Assembly (NCBI RefSeq): GCF_046119375.1
Contig: NW_027362769.1
Span: 359,662,001 to 359,726,000, forward strand
DNA length: 64,000 nucleotides
Origin: Phyllobates terribilis
Taxonomy: Eukaryota
Direction: 5' to 3'
In this document: positions 13,407 through 29,049 of the stretch, piece after piece
Position numbering within the stretch: the stretch's first letter is position 1
How the letters are laid out: the number at the start of each line of letters is the position of its first letter
Made by a program: the position numbers and the translations under genes
The notes under the pieces: model-generated
What the model was told of the DNA's origin: nothing
Seen by the model: only the letters and a program-made list of their open reading frames with translations
The model's database searches: none

Positions 13407-13572
13407 AGGTCCTGCACAGATTAAATGAGTCCTCTGCAGCAAATCATACAGTGGAGCAAGGATCATGTACACAGATAGATCTATATACCGTCTGGTACAC
13501 AGGTGTCAGCAGACCCTAGTGTGGACCATCGCCTGCTATCTGCGGTGCGGGCTCTTATGAGGAGGATGTGGT

Positions 13573-13588
13573 GGCTCTTAGAAGAGCC
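13573..13588 (-). terminator. Histone 3' stem-loop of the H2A pseudogene
   Basis: Minus strand GGCTCT-TCTA-AGAGCC, preceded by AAA and followed by ACCA. Confidence 0.9.
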
Positions 13589-13622
13589 TTTAGTTGTTCT
13601 GACAGATGTGGAGGAGCGGCGC

Positions 13623-15636
<2,014 letters not shown>

Positions 15637-15670
15637 TCTGCTTCGTCTGCTGCTCCGCCATCACCCCAAA

Positions 15671-15710
15671 GGCTCTTCTGAGAGCCACCACCGCGTCTAC
15701 ATCAGAGCTG
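15671..15710 (+). terminator. Histone stem-loop plus downstream element (H2B pseudogene)
   Basis: GGCTCT-TCTG-AGAGCC 15671-15686; CAGAGCTG at 15703-15710. Confidence 0.9.
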
Positions 15711-18700
15711 TGGCTGCTTCTGTGTTCTCTCCCGTCTCCCCGAGTTGTCTGGCCACATAGCCCGGGTCTCTGTCTAATGACAGGGTAAATAGCAGGTGGC
15801 CCAAGTAGAAGTGAAGGCTAAGGGCTAACGAAGAAGATGGCGAAAAAACTGGGGCTGCTTTTGGGTTCTCCTTCACAGCTCAGCACTTTCACCAATGCCC
15901 TTGTGATTTCAGATGGAAGTTCAGTGACTTATTTAAGCCCTTGCTCCTCAGATCTGACTCCTTTTCGTCTCATTCCTATTTTAGGAATTGATTCGGTTTA
16001 GTTTCTCTAAATAATGAAATTACTTCACTGTTTTATGAAAGGTGATTACATGAGATTGTGGTCGGTGGAGTTTATTAGTGATGAGCAGCATGCTCACCAC
16101 TATTCGTTACGAGCTCGAGATGCTCGTTGCTGGCGAGTATTTTTTGAATGTTCGGGAGCTTGAATCGCCGCCCCGCATGTTTGGCGCATAATATACAGCC
16201 AATTACCATGCAGGGGTTGCGTGACAGTCAATGTCATGTCATAGCCAAGTTGGCTGTGGCATTACAGTGACTGGCTGGTCGCACAGCGTCATCAGGTCTA
16301 TATCAGAGGTCTATATCAGACCTGGCGCCGCCATGCTTGTCACAGTCACTCCGGAATCAGACAGTGTAGGGAGAGCTGCTGCTGAGCTAGGGAGTAGTGA
16401 TGAGCGAGCACTAAAATGCTCGAGTACTCGTTGCTCGGGTCGAGCAAATTGGAATACTCGGGTGCTTTACCCGAGTAATGAGCCCAATGTAATTCTATGG
16501 AAAACTCAAGCATTTTTCACGCGGCTCCCCCCGGTGGTTTGCAGAGGGCCTAAAAATTGGCCAAATCGAACAGTGCTCAAATGACATGGGAACAGCATGG
16601 GGAAGACCCCTGGAAGCATTTCTGACTCCCAGGTCACTGCTGTCAACAACGTTGTCAGAGTATTACGCCACTTTTACGGATTCACAATAGAACATACAAA
16701 AACAAAAGCAAAATGCATTTTCCTGGGAAATATATTAAGGAACATCCTTTCCAGGGTAATGACTTGTATATAAGGCAAAATAAATAACCAAAACCAAAAA
16801 TACTCCTCCACACCTTGGGCTATATTCAAACATAACATTTTTTATGCGTTTTTGCACTTTTGCATTGCTTTCAACAAAGACAAATGCATTCACTGGGAAA
16901 TGTCATTTTAACATTTTACAATCTTATCTGGCCATGTGGTGTGTGACACATCATCAGACACATGCATACAGTGCTGAAAAGACATGGGAACAGCATGGGG
17001 AAGACCTCTGGAACCATTTCTGACTCCCAGGTCACTGCCTAAAAGTGTGCCCATCATAAGTAATAAGATGCCTCCCGCCATGCTCCTGTCGTTGCAGACT
17101 TGCAACAATCACCGTCCATGTCCTTGTCCCAGTGCAGTGTTCAGTTGTCCCTACCCCATTCCTTGGAATGCAAGCACAAGTATGCAGCCAGCCACCCACC
17201 CACCTACAGGCTGCAATACTATACTGCCAAATTTTTGACAGCTGCTTGCACTTGAAATGTGGCCTTTTAGGGTCGTGGAGGCGGATGCTTTTCATAACCT
17301 CATGCCGGCGTCAGCTGGGTGCTCATGCTTGGTCCCCAGCCACCACTATTTCTCCCGGTATCTTCTCCGCCTTCCACAAGCACGGGTCCCACAACATTAC
17401 CCGTGCCCTCCCCAGTGCACTTACTGGTAAAGACTGCCTACCCACAAACACGTGGACAGGTGAATGTGGCCAGGGATGGTACGGAGCCAGTCCACAGCTT
17501 TTTTTGCTGAGAGTTGTATTTAGCTCGGTGAAAGTACTGGCATAGAGGGAAACCGTATCTACTCCGGCTGTCATTTCTCCGCCACTAGGTTCCGCCCATT
17601 GTCACACACGACCATGCCTGGCTGTATTTTCAGTGGTGAGAGCCACAGATCAGGCTGCCGTGTTACAGCTTTCAACAACTCTGCAGCGCTGGGCGGTTTG
17701 TCAATTAAGCATTAAGCATGTTATCTTCAGCACAGCCTGTTGCCACTTGGCCAGGGCAGTGCTGCAGTGCTGTCAGCTTGTGACTGATGTAGTCATTTCG
17801 GAGATGGAGGAGGAGGTGCAGGAGCTGAGCAATGTGATTACATTGAGGTTAAATTAGTGACGCTGTTATTTATACTAAAGAAAGATCCTATTGTTTGGTT
17901 TTTTTACGTTATTTTTAAAGATAAATGCATTCACTGGGAAATGTCATTTTAACATTTTACAACCTTATCTGGCAATGTGGTGTGTGACACATCATCAGAA
18001 ACATACTGTTTTATTTATGAAGGAGGGACTCTGAAAGTCATAAAGCCTATTTTTATAGGGACATCAGACGGCCCTTACTATTCTTAAAAGGCCAGCAGTT
18101 GGCCCTCGCTATTGTTAGAGAGCCATCAGGCGGCTATGCGTTGTTGTTCCCATTATTAACAAGTGGGTCTCCTATACTGTTATTGCGTATCCAGTGACTG
18201 CAAGGGCTGCCAAAAATTTGGACGCAATCCAATACCCCTTTGAAGAGACATAGAGGAGGGTCTCAGTAAAAAAATGTTCCCATTATAAAGGAGCGGGTCT
18301 CCTATAGTGGTAATGCCCATGCTGTGACTGCAAGAGCTGCCAAAATTTGGGAAAAACCCCTCTAAGAATTTAAAGACACATAGAACAGGGCCACAGTAAC
18401 GACACATTCCATTTAGAAAGGAGACAGTCTGCTATACAGTTATAGGTTATGCAGTGAGTCCAATGGCTGACCAATTTTAGGAAAAACCCCACTAAGAATT
18501 TAAAGACACATAGAGCAGGGCCACAGTAACAAGGTACGACATGTACCCATTAGGAAGGAGAGGGTCTGCTATACAGTTATAGGGTATGCAGTGAGTCCAA
18601 CGGCTGACCAATTTTAGGAAAAAACCCACTAAGAATTTAAAGACACATAGAGCAGGGCCACAGTAACGACAAATTCCCATTAGAAAGGAGAAAGTCTACC

Positions 18701-19119
18701 ATAGTGTTGGCCTATGCAGTGAATGCAAGGGCTGCCAAAAATTTGGAGGCACTTCAATACCCCTTGGAAGAGACATGGAGGATGGCCTCATAAAAAAATG
18801 TTCCCATTAAAAAGGAGTGGGCCTCCTATACTTGTAATGCCCATGCACTAAGTGTATGAGCTGACAAACATTTAACCCTGGGGGGTATACATGAACATAC
18901 TGTATAATTTTTTTTTTTATAGGCATCATAAACACCCTTTAAAAAAATTATGTGGGTGATGCATCATGGACCACGGTCACCCTGGTGATATGGTGGTGGA
19001 GGATGAGGATGAGGAGAAGGACAAGAGCAAATAGCCCAAATCAGGAAGCGTATACCAATGTGTGGGTGTGAAAAGGTGCATGGGAATACACCTCCCAAGA
19101 AAAGACACTGGATTTGAGT

Positions 19120-21229
19120 TTATGTTACGCTGCTATCATTCGGTGGTGTAGAGAAGTCTTGCCCAATCCATCCCTTGTTTATTTTTATAAGAGTCAACAT
19201 GTCAGCATTTTCAGTTGACAGGCAGAAGCGCTTATCAGTTATAATTCCACCAGCGGCACTAAAAACCCGCTGTGATAAAACGCTGGCGGCAAGGCAGGCC
19301 AGGACCTCCAAGGCATAGAGAGCCAGTTCATTCCACGTATCCTGCTTGGATACCCAATAATTATAAGGCACAGCGGAATCACAGAGGACATTGGTACGGT
19401 CGGCAAGGTACTCCCTCAGCATCTTCCCAAACTTTGCACTCCTTGTGAGAGTACCCCGCACCTCAGGGCCTGTGCGATGGGAGGGTCTGAGAAAACGCTC
19501 CCAGAACTTTGACAGTGTTCCCTGGCCTCAGCTGGATTGGAGTTGTGTCTCTCTCGCCTGTACTCCTTGGTTATCCAACGAAGTGTGCCCTCTGCTGCCA
19601 GCGTTTTCAGATGGGAATTTTTTTAATAGTTCCGCAACAAGGGCCTTCTGGTACTGCCCTATTTTTGTAGACCGCCTCAGGAATAAGAGATATAAAATTC
19701 TCCTTGTAGCGTGGGTCTAGAAGTATCACCAACCAGTAATGACTGTCACCCAAAATTTTGAGAACGCGAGGGTCATGGGAAAGGCAGCGTAACATAAACT
19801 CAGTCATGCTTGCCAGACTACTAACAGGCAAGACTTCCATGTCCTCACCAAGAGGATGACTGACCATGCTCTCCTCCTCCTCTCTGTCCTCTGGCCATCC
19901 ACGCTGAACAGACTGTATGACAGCTGAGCAGGTAGTACCGTCTATAGTGCATGAAACTAGCTCCTGTCCTTCCTCCTCCTCCTCTTCCTCATTGTCACCC
20001 AATCCATGTTGGGATGAGATGAGGCTTGGCTGTGTGTAATCACCCTTTATGGTTCCTTGCTCCATCTCTTCGTGCTCCGCCTGCAATGCATCCCCTTTGA
20101 TTGTGAGCAGAAAGAGTTTCAGAAGACAGAGAAATGGGGTGGTGACGCTAATTATGGCGTCATCGCCGCTCACCATCTTGGTGGCGTCCTCAAAGTTTTG
20201 GAGAATGGTACATATGTCTGACATCCATGTCCACTCCTGAGGTCTTATGTGTGTTGTCTGAACTGAATACCGATGGCCTTGTTGATGCTGGTACTCAACA
20301 GCTGCCCTTTTCTGCTCACAAATCCTTCCCAACATCTGCAATATAGAGTTCCAATGCGTGGGGACATCACACACCAGTCAGTGAGCCGGAAGCTGCAAAT
20401 GCTGCTGAAGCATGATAAGGGCGGCAGAAGCTGTAGGTGACTTTCTAAAATGGGAACACAGGCAGCATACTTTGACAAGCAGATCAGGCAGCTCTGGGTA
20501 GGATTTGAGAAATCGCTGAACCAGGAGGTTCAGCACATGGGCCAGACATGGTACGTGTGTGAGTTCGCCTCACCTCAGAGCAGCAACCAGGTACCGGCCC
20601 ATGTCACACACGACCATGCCTGGCTGTAGGTTTAGCGGTGTGAGCCACAGAACTGCCTGCTCTTTCAGAGCTGTCCACAATTCTTCAGAATTGTGCGATT
20701 TTTCACCTAAGCATATTAGCTTCTACACAGCCTGTTACCGCTTGGCCGAGGCAGTGCTGCAGTGCTTCCAGGTTGTGATTGTGACTGATGTGGTAATTTC
20801 GGAGATGGAGGCTGAGGTGCATTAGCTGTAGACTGTGGGGGCAACCCTGATTAATCTAGGACCCACGATCCTTGGCGTCGGGAGGACTTGTTCCGTCCCA
20901 AGGTCCGACTGGGTCCCGGCTTCCACTATGTAAACCCAGTGTGCTGTCAGCGAGATGTACCATCCCTGCCCACAAGCACTTGTCCATGTGTCCGTGGTTT
21001 GGTGGACTTTCCTGGTAACTGCGTTGTTGAGGGCACGGCTTTTGGATTACACAAGCACGTTTTGGGATACTTGCTTGTGTAATGCGGGGACGGCACACCA
21101 GGAGAAATAGTGGCAGCTGGGGACCGAGTACCGAGGAACGGTCGCCGCCATCAGGTTGAGGAATGCTTCCGTCTCAACGAGCCTAAAAGACAACATTTCT
21201 AGCGCAAGCAGTCGCGAAATGTGGGACAA
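19120..21229 (-). pseudogene. hAT (ZBED-like) transposase remnant
   Basis: CDVPTHWNS, LLDPRYK, and a hATC-type C-terminus WNELALYALEVLACLAASVLSQRVFSAAGGIITDKR; frameshifted. Confidence 0.85.
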
Positions 21230-23230
21230 TACACAAGCACGTGTCCCAAAACATTAGCCGTGCCCTAAACAACGTAGTTACCGGGAAAGTCCACATAACC
21301 ACGGACACATGGACAAGTGCTTGTGGGCAGGGACGGTACATCTCGCTGACGGCACACTGAGTTAACATAGTGGAAGTCGGGAGCCAGTCGGACATTCGGA
21401 CACAACACGTCCTCCCAACACCAAGGATTGCGGGCCCTAAGTCAATCAGAGTTGCCCCCACAGTCTACAGCTCCTGCACCTCATCCTCCTCAGCCTCCTC
21501 CTCCTCCATCTTAGAAATGACCACATCAGTCACAAGCTGGAAGCACTGCAGCATTGCCTCGGCCAAGCGGCAACAGGCTGTGCTAAAGCTAATATGCTTA
21601 GGTGACAAACCGCACAATGCTGAAGAGTTGCGGACAGCTCTGAAAGAGCAGGCCGATCAGTGGCTCACACCGTTGAACCTACAGCCAATCATGGTCGTGA
21701 ATGAAAATGGCCGGAACCTAGTGGCGGCTCACACACATATCATGCCTGGCCCATGTGCTTAACCTCGTGGTTCAGCAGTTTCTCAAATCCTACCTGGAGC
21801 TGCCGGATCTGCTTGTTAAAGTACACCACCTGTGTATGCATTTTAGAAAGTCACCTACAGCTTCCACCGCCCTTGCCGTGCTTCAGCAGTGTTTGCAGCT
21901 TCTGGTTCCCAGATTGGTGTGTGATGTCCCCACGCATTGGAACTCTACACTGCAGATGTTGGGAAGGATTTGTGAGCAGAAAAGGGCAGTTGTTGAGTAC
22001 CAGCATCATCAAGGCCGTCGGTATTCAGTTCAGACTCCACACATAAGACCTCAGCAGTGGACATGGATGTCAGACATATGTACCATCCTCCAAAACTTTG
22101 AGGACACCACCAAGATGGTGAGCGCCGATGATGCCATAATTAACGTCACCATCCCGCTTCTCTGTCTTCTCTCACAATCAGAGAGGATGCATTGCAGGCG
22201 GAGCACGATGAGATGGATCAAGGAACCATATAGGGTGATTATACACAGCCCAGCCTCATCTCATCCCAATGTGGACTGGGTGGCAATAAGGGAGAGGAGG
22301 AGGAGGAAGAACAGGAGCTAGTTTTATGAGCTATAGATGGTACTACCAACACAACTGTCATACCGTCTGTTCAGCTTGGATGGCCTGAGGACAGAGAGGA
22401 GGAGGAGGATAGCTTGGTCAGTTGTCATCTTGGAGAGGACATGGAAGTCTTGCCTGTTATCAGTATGGCACACATGGCTGAGTTTATGTTACGCTGCCTT
22501 TCCCGTGACCCTCAGGTTCTCAAAATTTTAGGTGAAAGTCATTACTGGTTGGTGACACTTCTAGACCCACGCTACAAGGAGAACTTTATATCTCTTATTC
22601 CTGAGGCGGACAGGTCTACTAAAATGGGGCTGTACCAGAAGGCCCTTGTTGCGGAACTATTTTAAAAATTCCCATCTGAAACCGCTTGCGGCAGAGGTCA
22701 CAGTTCGTTGGACAACCAAGGAATACAGGCGAGAGAGACACAACTTCAATCCAGCAGAGACCAGGGAATACTGTCAATGTTCTGGGAGAATTTTCACAGC
22801 CCCTCCCATCGCACAGGCCCTGAGGCGTGGGGTACTCTCACAAGGAGTGCAACGTTTGGGAAGATGCTGAGGGAGTACCTTGCCGACCGTACCAACGTCC
22901 TCCGTGATTCCTCTGTGCCTTTTAATTATTGGGTATTCAAGCTGGATACGTAGAATGAACTGGCTCTCTATGCCTTGGAGGTCCTGGGCTACCCTGCCGC
23001 TAGCATTTTATCAGAGCGGGTTTTTAGTGCCGCTGGTGGAATTATAACTGATAAGCGCATCCGCCTGTCAACTGAAAATGCTGCTGCTTTGTCTTAGCGG
23101 GTTTTTAGTTCTGCCGGTGGAATTATAACCGAAACTGAAAATGTTGACATGCTGACTCTTATAAAAATGAACATGGGCTGGATTGGGCCCGACTTCTCAA
23201 CAATGCCGGATGATAGCAGCGTAACATAAA
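21222..23230 (+). pseudogene. hAT (ZBED-like) transposase remnant, second copy
   Basis: LVCDVPTHWNSTLQMLGR, TLLDPRYK, REYLADRT; stops and frameshifts. Confidence 0.85.
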
Positions 23231-26200
23231 CTCAAATCCAGTGTCTTTTTTGGGAATTGTATTCCCATGCACCTTTTCACACCCACACATGGTTATATGC
23301 CTTCTGATTTTGGCTATTTGCTCTTGTCCTCCTCCTTCTCCTCACCCTCATCCTCCACCACCATATCACCAGGGTGACAGTGGTCCATTATGCAACACCC
23401 ACATAATTTTTGTTAAAGGGTGTTTATGATGCCCGTAAATTTTTTTTATGCAGTATGTTCATGTATACCCCCCAGGGGTAAATGTTTGTCATCCCATACA
23501 CTTAGTTCATGGGCATTACAAGTATAAGAGACTAGCTCCTTTCTAATGGGAACATTTTTTTTATGAGGCCCTCCTCCACGTCTCCTTCCAAAGGCATTGG
23601 AGTGCCTCCCAATTTTTGGCAACTCTTGCATTTACTGCATAGGCAAACACAATGGGAGACTCACTTCCTAATAATGGGAACATTGTTTTCAGGAGGCCCT
23701 CCTCTACATCTCTACCAAGGGGCGTTGTAGTAGGTCCAAATTTTTGGCAGCCCTTGCTTTCACTGCATAGGCTAACAGTATGGGAGACCCACTTCCTAAT
23801 AATGGGAACATTGTTTTCAGGAGGCGCTCCTCTAAGTCACTTCAAAGGGGTATTGGGGTGGGTCCAAATTTTCAAAGGGGTATTGGGGTGGGTCCACATT
23901 TTGGGCAGCCCTGCCACTCACTGCATATGCAATAACAGTATAGGAGATCCACTCTTTAGAAATGGGAACAGCAAAGCATAGCCGGCTGATATCTCTCTAA
24001 GAATAGTGAGGGCCGACTTCTGGCCCTTCAAGAATAGTAAAGGTCGCCTGATGGCCCTATAAAAATAGGCTTTGTGACTTTCAGAGTCCCTCCTTCATAA
24101 ATTAAACAGGATGTGTCTGATCATGTCTCACACACCACATGGCCAGATATGGTTGTAAAATGTTAAAATGACATTTCCCAATGAATGCATTTGTCATGTT
24201 TGAAAGCAATGCAAAAGTGCAATAACACATGAAAAACGCTACGTGTGATCATAGCCCAAGGTGTGGAGGAGTATTTTTGGTTTTGGTTATTTATTTTGCC
24301 TTATATACAAGTCATTACCCTGGAAACGATGTTCCTTAACATATTTCCCAGGAAAATGCATTTTGGTTTCGTTTTTGTATGTTTTATTGTGAGTCCGTAA
24401 AAGTGGCGTAATACCTCTGACAACGTTGTTGACACCAGTGACCTGGGAGTCCGAAATGCTGTTCCCATAACATTTGAACACTGTTCCCATCGATGTGGGC
24501 AATTTTTAGGCCCTCTGCAGACTTGCGGGGGGAGCCGCCTGAAAAATGCTCGAGTTTCCCATAGACTTACATTGTGCTCGTTGCTCGGGTCGAGCACCCA
24601 AGTATTCCAATGTGCTCGACTCGAACAACGAGCAGCCGAGCATTTTAGTGCTCGCCCATCACTAGTGAGCTGTTATTAATAGTCTGGGAAGATTCATGGA
24701 TAGTGAGCCCTTCCCGGCATAATAACACCAGACCCCAGCTGTCTGCTTTCCCTAAGCTGATTAAGAAAAATGAGGGGGACACCACGCCATTTTTTCTTTC
24801 TTTACTAGTTAAATACATGTACAGTGAGCTACACACGCACTGCGCTAATTATATATCTCACTGACTTCTTTCTATCTATTCTATGCATATATCTATTCTA
24901 TCTATTCTATTCTGACGGGTCACACTGTGCATATACACTCATGGTCTGTGTGACGATTTTTTTCTCGCACCCACTGCTTTGCATTGCTGAGTCTCGTCCG
25001 ATATATGCGGCCACTCGCAGCATGCTGAGATTTTTTCTCAGTCCGATTCGAGCTGAGAAAAAAATCACAGATGAACACAATCATTCAATAACATTAGTGA
25101 GAGTGCAATCCAATTTTTTATTGGATTGCACTCGTCCGATTTAAATGCAGATGACTATGAGCCCTTTGGGTTCGCTCACATCTATGTGTAAATCCGGCGA
25201 TTCCAATGTGAGAAAAAAAAATTGCATTGCACTTGCACCAATGTGATTCAATAAGGCAGTGTTCATCTGTGAGATTTTTTCGTCAGGTGGAAATGGGTTG
25301 AGTAAAAAAATTGCAGCATGCGAACGCCTGAGACTCACCAATGCAAGTCAATGAGTGCGAAAAAAAAAACGGACGGCACACGGACCATGCGTACTCCGTC
25401 CTTTTTTTCTCGCACACATCTCAGTAAAGACAGGAAATGTCATCAGCCAAGTACAATAAATCCACAGCAAAACCCTTAGAATAGATAGATAGATATCCTG
25501 TAGATATTTAATGTCACAACCCCCTTACATATAATAAAGTAGCACTCTTTAGTGCCCTTCATATGATACTAAAGGGTGGCTATGCTTATTTAACCTATTT
25601 AATAAAAAATAGTCTAAAAAAAATGACGTGGGGCCTCCCTATTTTTAATAACCAGCCAAGTGACAGCAGACAGCTGTTGGTAAGGGGACAATTTCCATGC
25701 ACCTTTCCAGCCTATTAATATCAGCCCCCAGCTGTCTTCTTTGCCTCTGCTGGTTGTTAAAAATGGGGTAAACCTAAAAAAATGAGGTGGGGTCCCCCTA
25801 TTTTTAATAACCAGCTAAGGCAAAGCACACATCTGGGGGCTGATATTAATAGGCTGGGAAGGGTCCATGGATATTGGAGCTGGCTGTGGAGATAATATGA
25901 GGGAGCTGGCTGTGGGGACATTGAGGGGCTGAATGTATTGGTATTGCTGTGCAGAGACCTTGTCTCTGCGCGGCAATACATTTCAATTGAATATGTGTCC
26001 AATGCGCTGACGTCGGCGGACCCCTGGACCTCGCCGCGATCATCAAGGGGTCTAGAGTGCATGTAGGCCGCATGTCCAAAAAGGTCATCAAGGAACGGAG
26101 GACAGGTGTGAACAAGCTTTTTGTCTGTCTTTTATGTGTATGTGAACAACAGTACAATAGGGGACATTACTACAATATAGGGACAAAAATGGGGTATTAC

Positions 26201-27129
26201 TACAAGATGAAGACGAGGATGAGCACATTATTGCAAGAAGGTGACCAGGATGGGGCATTACTACAAGAAGGTTGTACTATCCATTGCCGGCGCCCTCGCA
26301 TAGTTCCCCTGCACTCTTCATGAGGGACGCTGACAAACTCACTGCCCTGGTTACGGTAGCATCCTCACGCTCCTCTCCCCACTTCTCCTGAGCACACTAC
26401 ACTGCTCCCATGCTCTTAAAGGGGCAGCATGCGCACCTGCAAAGATTCTCCCAGCCCAGGCATCTTGTATAAAAGGCACTCTCCCCAATAAGGAGGTGCC
26501 TGAGCAACCCCTACAGTTACTTTGTGTTTGTGTGTGTTCAACTGTATGTTGACAGGTATATACTGTACACATAGCTTCCAACCGTCCTGTTTTTGGCGGG
26601 ACTGTCCCGCTTTGAGGGCTCAGTCCCGCTTCCCGTCACGGCTCAGCTGTTCTCCCGGCTGTGGAGGGTGGTGTTGCGGTGGTGGAGCAGCGGGCACAGG
26701 TAGTAGACAGCAGCCACAACTACCACGTGTGCCCCATGCTAAACATAATGAATATTCACTCTTCTTCATGCCCATGGGAGTGGAGAGGAGTGAATATTCA
26801 TTCTCTTTAGTAGCGGTCACAGAGGATCGCAGAGTCGCAGCAGGAGCTGCTCTCGTGCTGAAAGTGCGCACTATTAAGGAGAGTGACTATTCACTCCTCT
26901 CCACGCTCATAGTCCCGGCGTGGAGAGGAGTGAATATCCCCGCAACTCACCTTGGCATCTAATAGAGCATGGCAGTGATGTCATGCGCTGCTCAGATACT
27001 GAGATCAGCTACTGACACACAGGACACAGCGCTGGAGCAGAGGGGAGGAAGGAAGGCGTGTAGAAGTGTTTATTTTTTTCATGTGTGCAGTGATGGGGGG
27101 CCATGCACACTAGGATAGTGGGGCCATAC

Positions 27130-27700
27130 ATACCAGGATAAGGGGTTAGGGGGCCATGCACACCAGGATTGGGGATGAGGGGGCCATGAACACCAGGAAT
27201 GGGGATGAGGGGGCTATGCATACCAGGATTGAGGAAGAGGGGTACACACTTACCAGGATTGGGGAGGAGGGGCTCATGCATACCAGGATTGGGGAGGAGG
27301 GGGCCATGCATACCAGGATGGGAAGGAGGGGACCATGCATACCAGGATTGGGGATAAGGGGGCCATGTATATCAGAATTGGGGAGGAGGGGGCCATGCCT
27401 ACTAGGATTGGGGAAGAGGGGGCCATGCATACCAGGATTGGGAGGAGGGGGCCATGCATACCAGGATTGGGAGGAGGGGGCCATGCATACCAGGATGGGG
27501 GTGATGGGGCCATGCATACCATGAATGGGGATAAGTGTGCCATGCATACCAGGATGGGGATAAGTGGGCCAAGCATACCAGGATTGGGAGGAGGGGGCCA
27601 TGCATACCAGGATTGGGGAGGAGGGGGCCATGTATACCAGGATGGGGATGGGGGGGCAGGCATACCAGGAATGGGGATTAGTGGGCCATCCATACCAGGA
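27130..27700. repeat. ~31-bp G-rich minisatellite
   Basis: Unit ~GGGGCCATGCATACCAGGATTGGGGAGGAGG. Confidence 0.85.
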
Positions 27701-27819
27701 ATGGGGATGAGGGCCGTCTGCTGAATGCCCCTCATTACCAGCTCCCCTTTGACAACTCCTCCTACCAGGGGAGAAAGAAATCCGTAAATGGGCGTGTATT
27801 GGTGTGTGGCCAAAATTTG

Positions 27820-28232
27820 CCTGCTCTTTATACTTTAAATGCTGCTCTATATACTGTACACACTGCTCTATATACTGTAAACGCTGCTCTATATACTGTA
27901 CACACTGCACTATACACTGTATATACTGCTCTATATACTGTACATACTGCTCTATATACTGTACACACTGCTCTATACATTGTATATACTACTCTATATA
28001 CTGTACACACTGCTCTATATACTGTCTGTAAACACTGAACTATATACTGTACACACTGCTCTATATACTGTACACACAGAACTATATACTGTACAGACTT
28101 CTCTATATACTGTACATACTGCTCTATATACTGTATACACTGCTCTATATACTGTACACACTGCTCTATATACTGTACAGACTGTTCTATATACTGTACA
28201 CACTGAACTATATACTGTACACGTTGCTCTAT
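27820..28232 (-). repeat. 21-bp minisatellite, reverse-complement copy of the family at 40.8-64 kb
   Basis: Unit CTGCTCTATATACTGTACACA is the reverse complement of TGTGTACAGTATATAGAGCAG. Confidence 0.9.
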
Positions 28233-28842
28233 TATCTGGGACATCTATAAGGCTGCTGATCTGGGCTGTACAGATGTTGTGTTGGGGATGAGTCGCATTG
28301 TGAAGCTGGCGCCTTATCAGAGCTCTTCCCTCCTTTACCAGCCGCAGCGTCACAGCTTCACACAGGGTCAGACACGATATTACACAGGTGATTGCAATCA
28401 GCCCCCTATGTGGATACGTGTTCACCCCCCAATACTCTGCACATTCGGGGTGTACTTATATTACAGGTCAGGGAGGTGGCAGTCAGCGGAGGCCATCGCC
28501 TGTGTTACCCTTATGGGCTCTCAGCAGCTCCAGGTCGTCCCCACATCGTACAATCCGCTTCCTGTACGATGGATATTGTAGTAAAGATCCCTGTGATGGT
28601 GACAAGAGCCGGGAATAGGAGGAACGAGCTCCCGCAGCAGTTTTATCTCCCCGGATACACAGTGATGCGCAGATCGGGAGGACGGCGGCGATGATCCCGG
28701 GACCTCCTCTCGGCTCTTTCCCGGCATCTCTGCTGGTGACGGCTACAAACGGTCAGTGGAGATGATGGAGAAGAGGAAGCGACGGAGAAAGCGCGCTCTG
28801 CTGTCCGGTGTTAGCCGGTAAAGGGCTTTTATCCCGGGCAGG

Positions 28843-28980
28843 AAAGCACAAGGGGAGAGCGGAGCTTCACTCGGGCTCAGCAGGGAGGAGGCGGGGCCTG
28901 TGCTCAGTGTCAGCCAATAGATGCTCAGGACGGTGCAGATCAGCAGCCAATCAGTGCGCAGTAAGCCTGTACATATAACA
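28843..28980 (+). promoter_or_regulatory. H1 promoter
   Basis: AC-box-like AAAGCACA 28843-28850, GC box GAGGCGGGG 28888-28896, CCAAT at 28914 and 28947, TATAA at 28974. Confidence 0.75.
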
Positions 28981-29049
28981 GGCGCCTCCAGCTCCGGCCT
29001 CAGTGTTTTCCTATCAGGAGATATTTGTGTTCTAGTTCCGCAGCACACG

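Larger units (their letters stand above)
16395..24664. mobile_element. Composite hAT DNA transposon remnant made of two inverted 3' halves
   Basis: Termini TAGTGATGAGCGAGCACTAAAATGCTC and GAGCATTTTAGTGCTCGCCCATCACTA. Long inverted homology between the arms. No TSD found. Confidence 0.8.

Noticed and set aside
16387-24672. 8-bp TSD for the hAT composite
   Set aside because: Flanks CTAGGGAG and GTGAGCTG do not match.
27146-27910. Pro/Gly-rich ORFs
   Set aside because: Translations of the ~31-bp and 21-bp minisatellites.
28921-29049. 43-aa N-terminal extension of H1 in the ORF track
   Set aside because: That ATG lies upstream of the TATA box; the canonical start is 29050.
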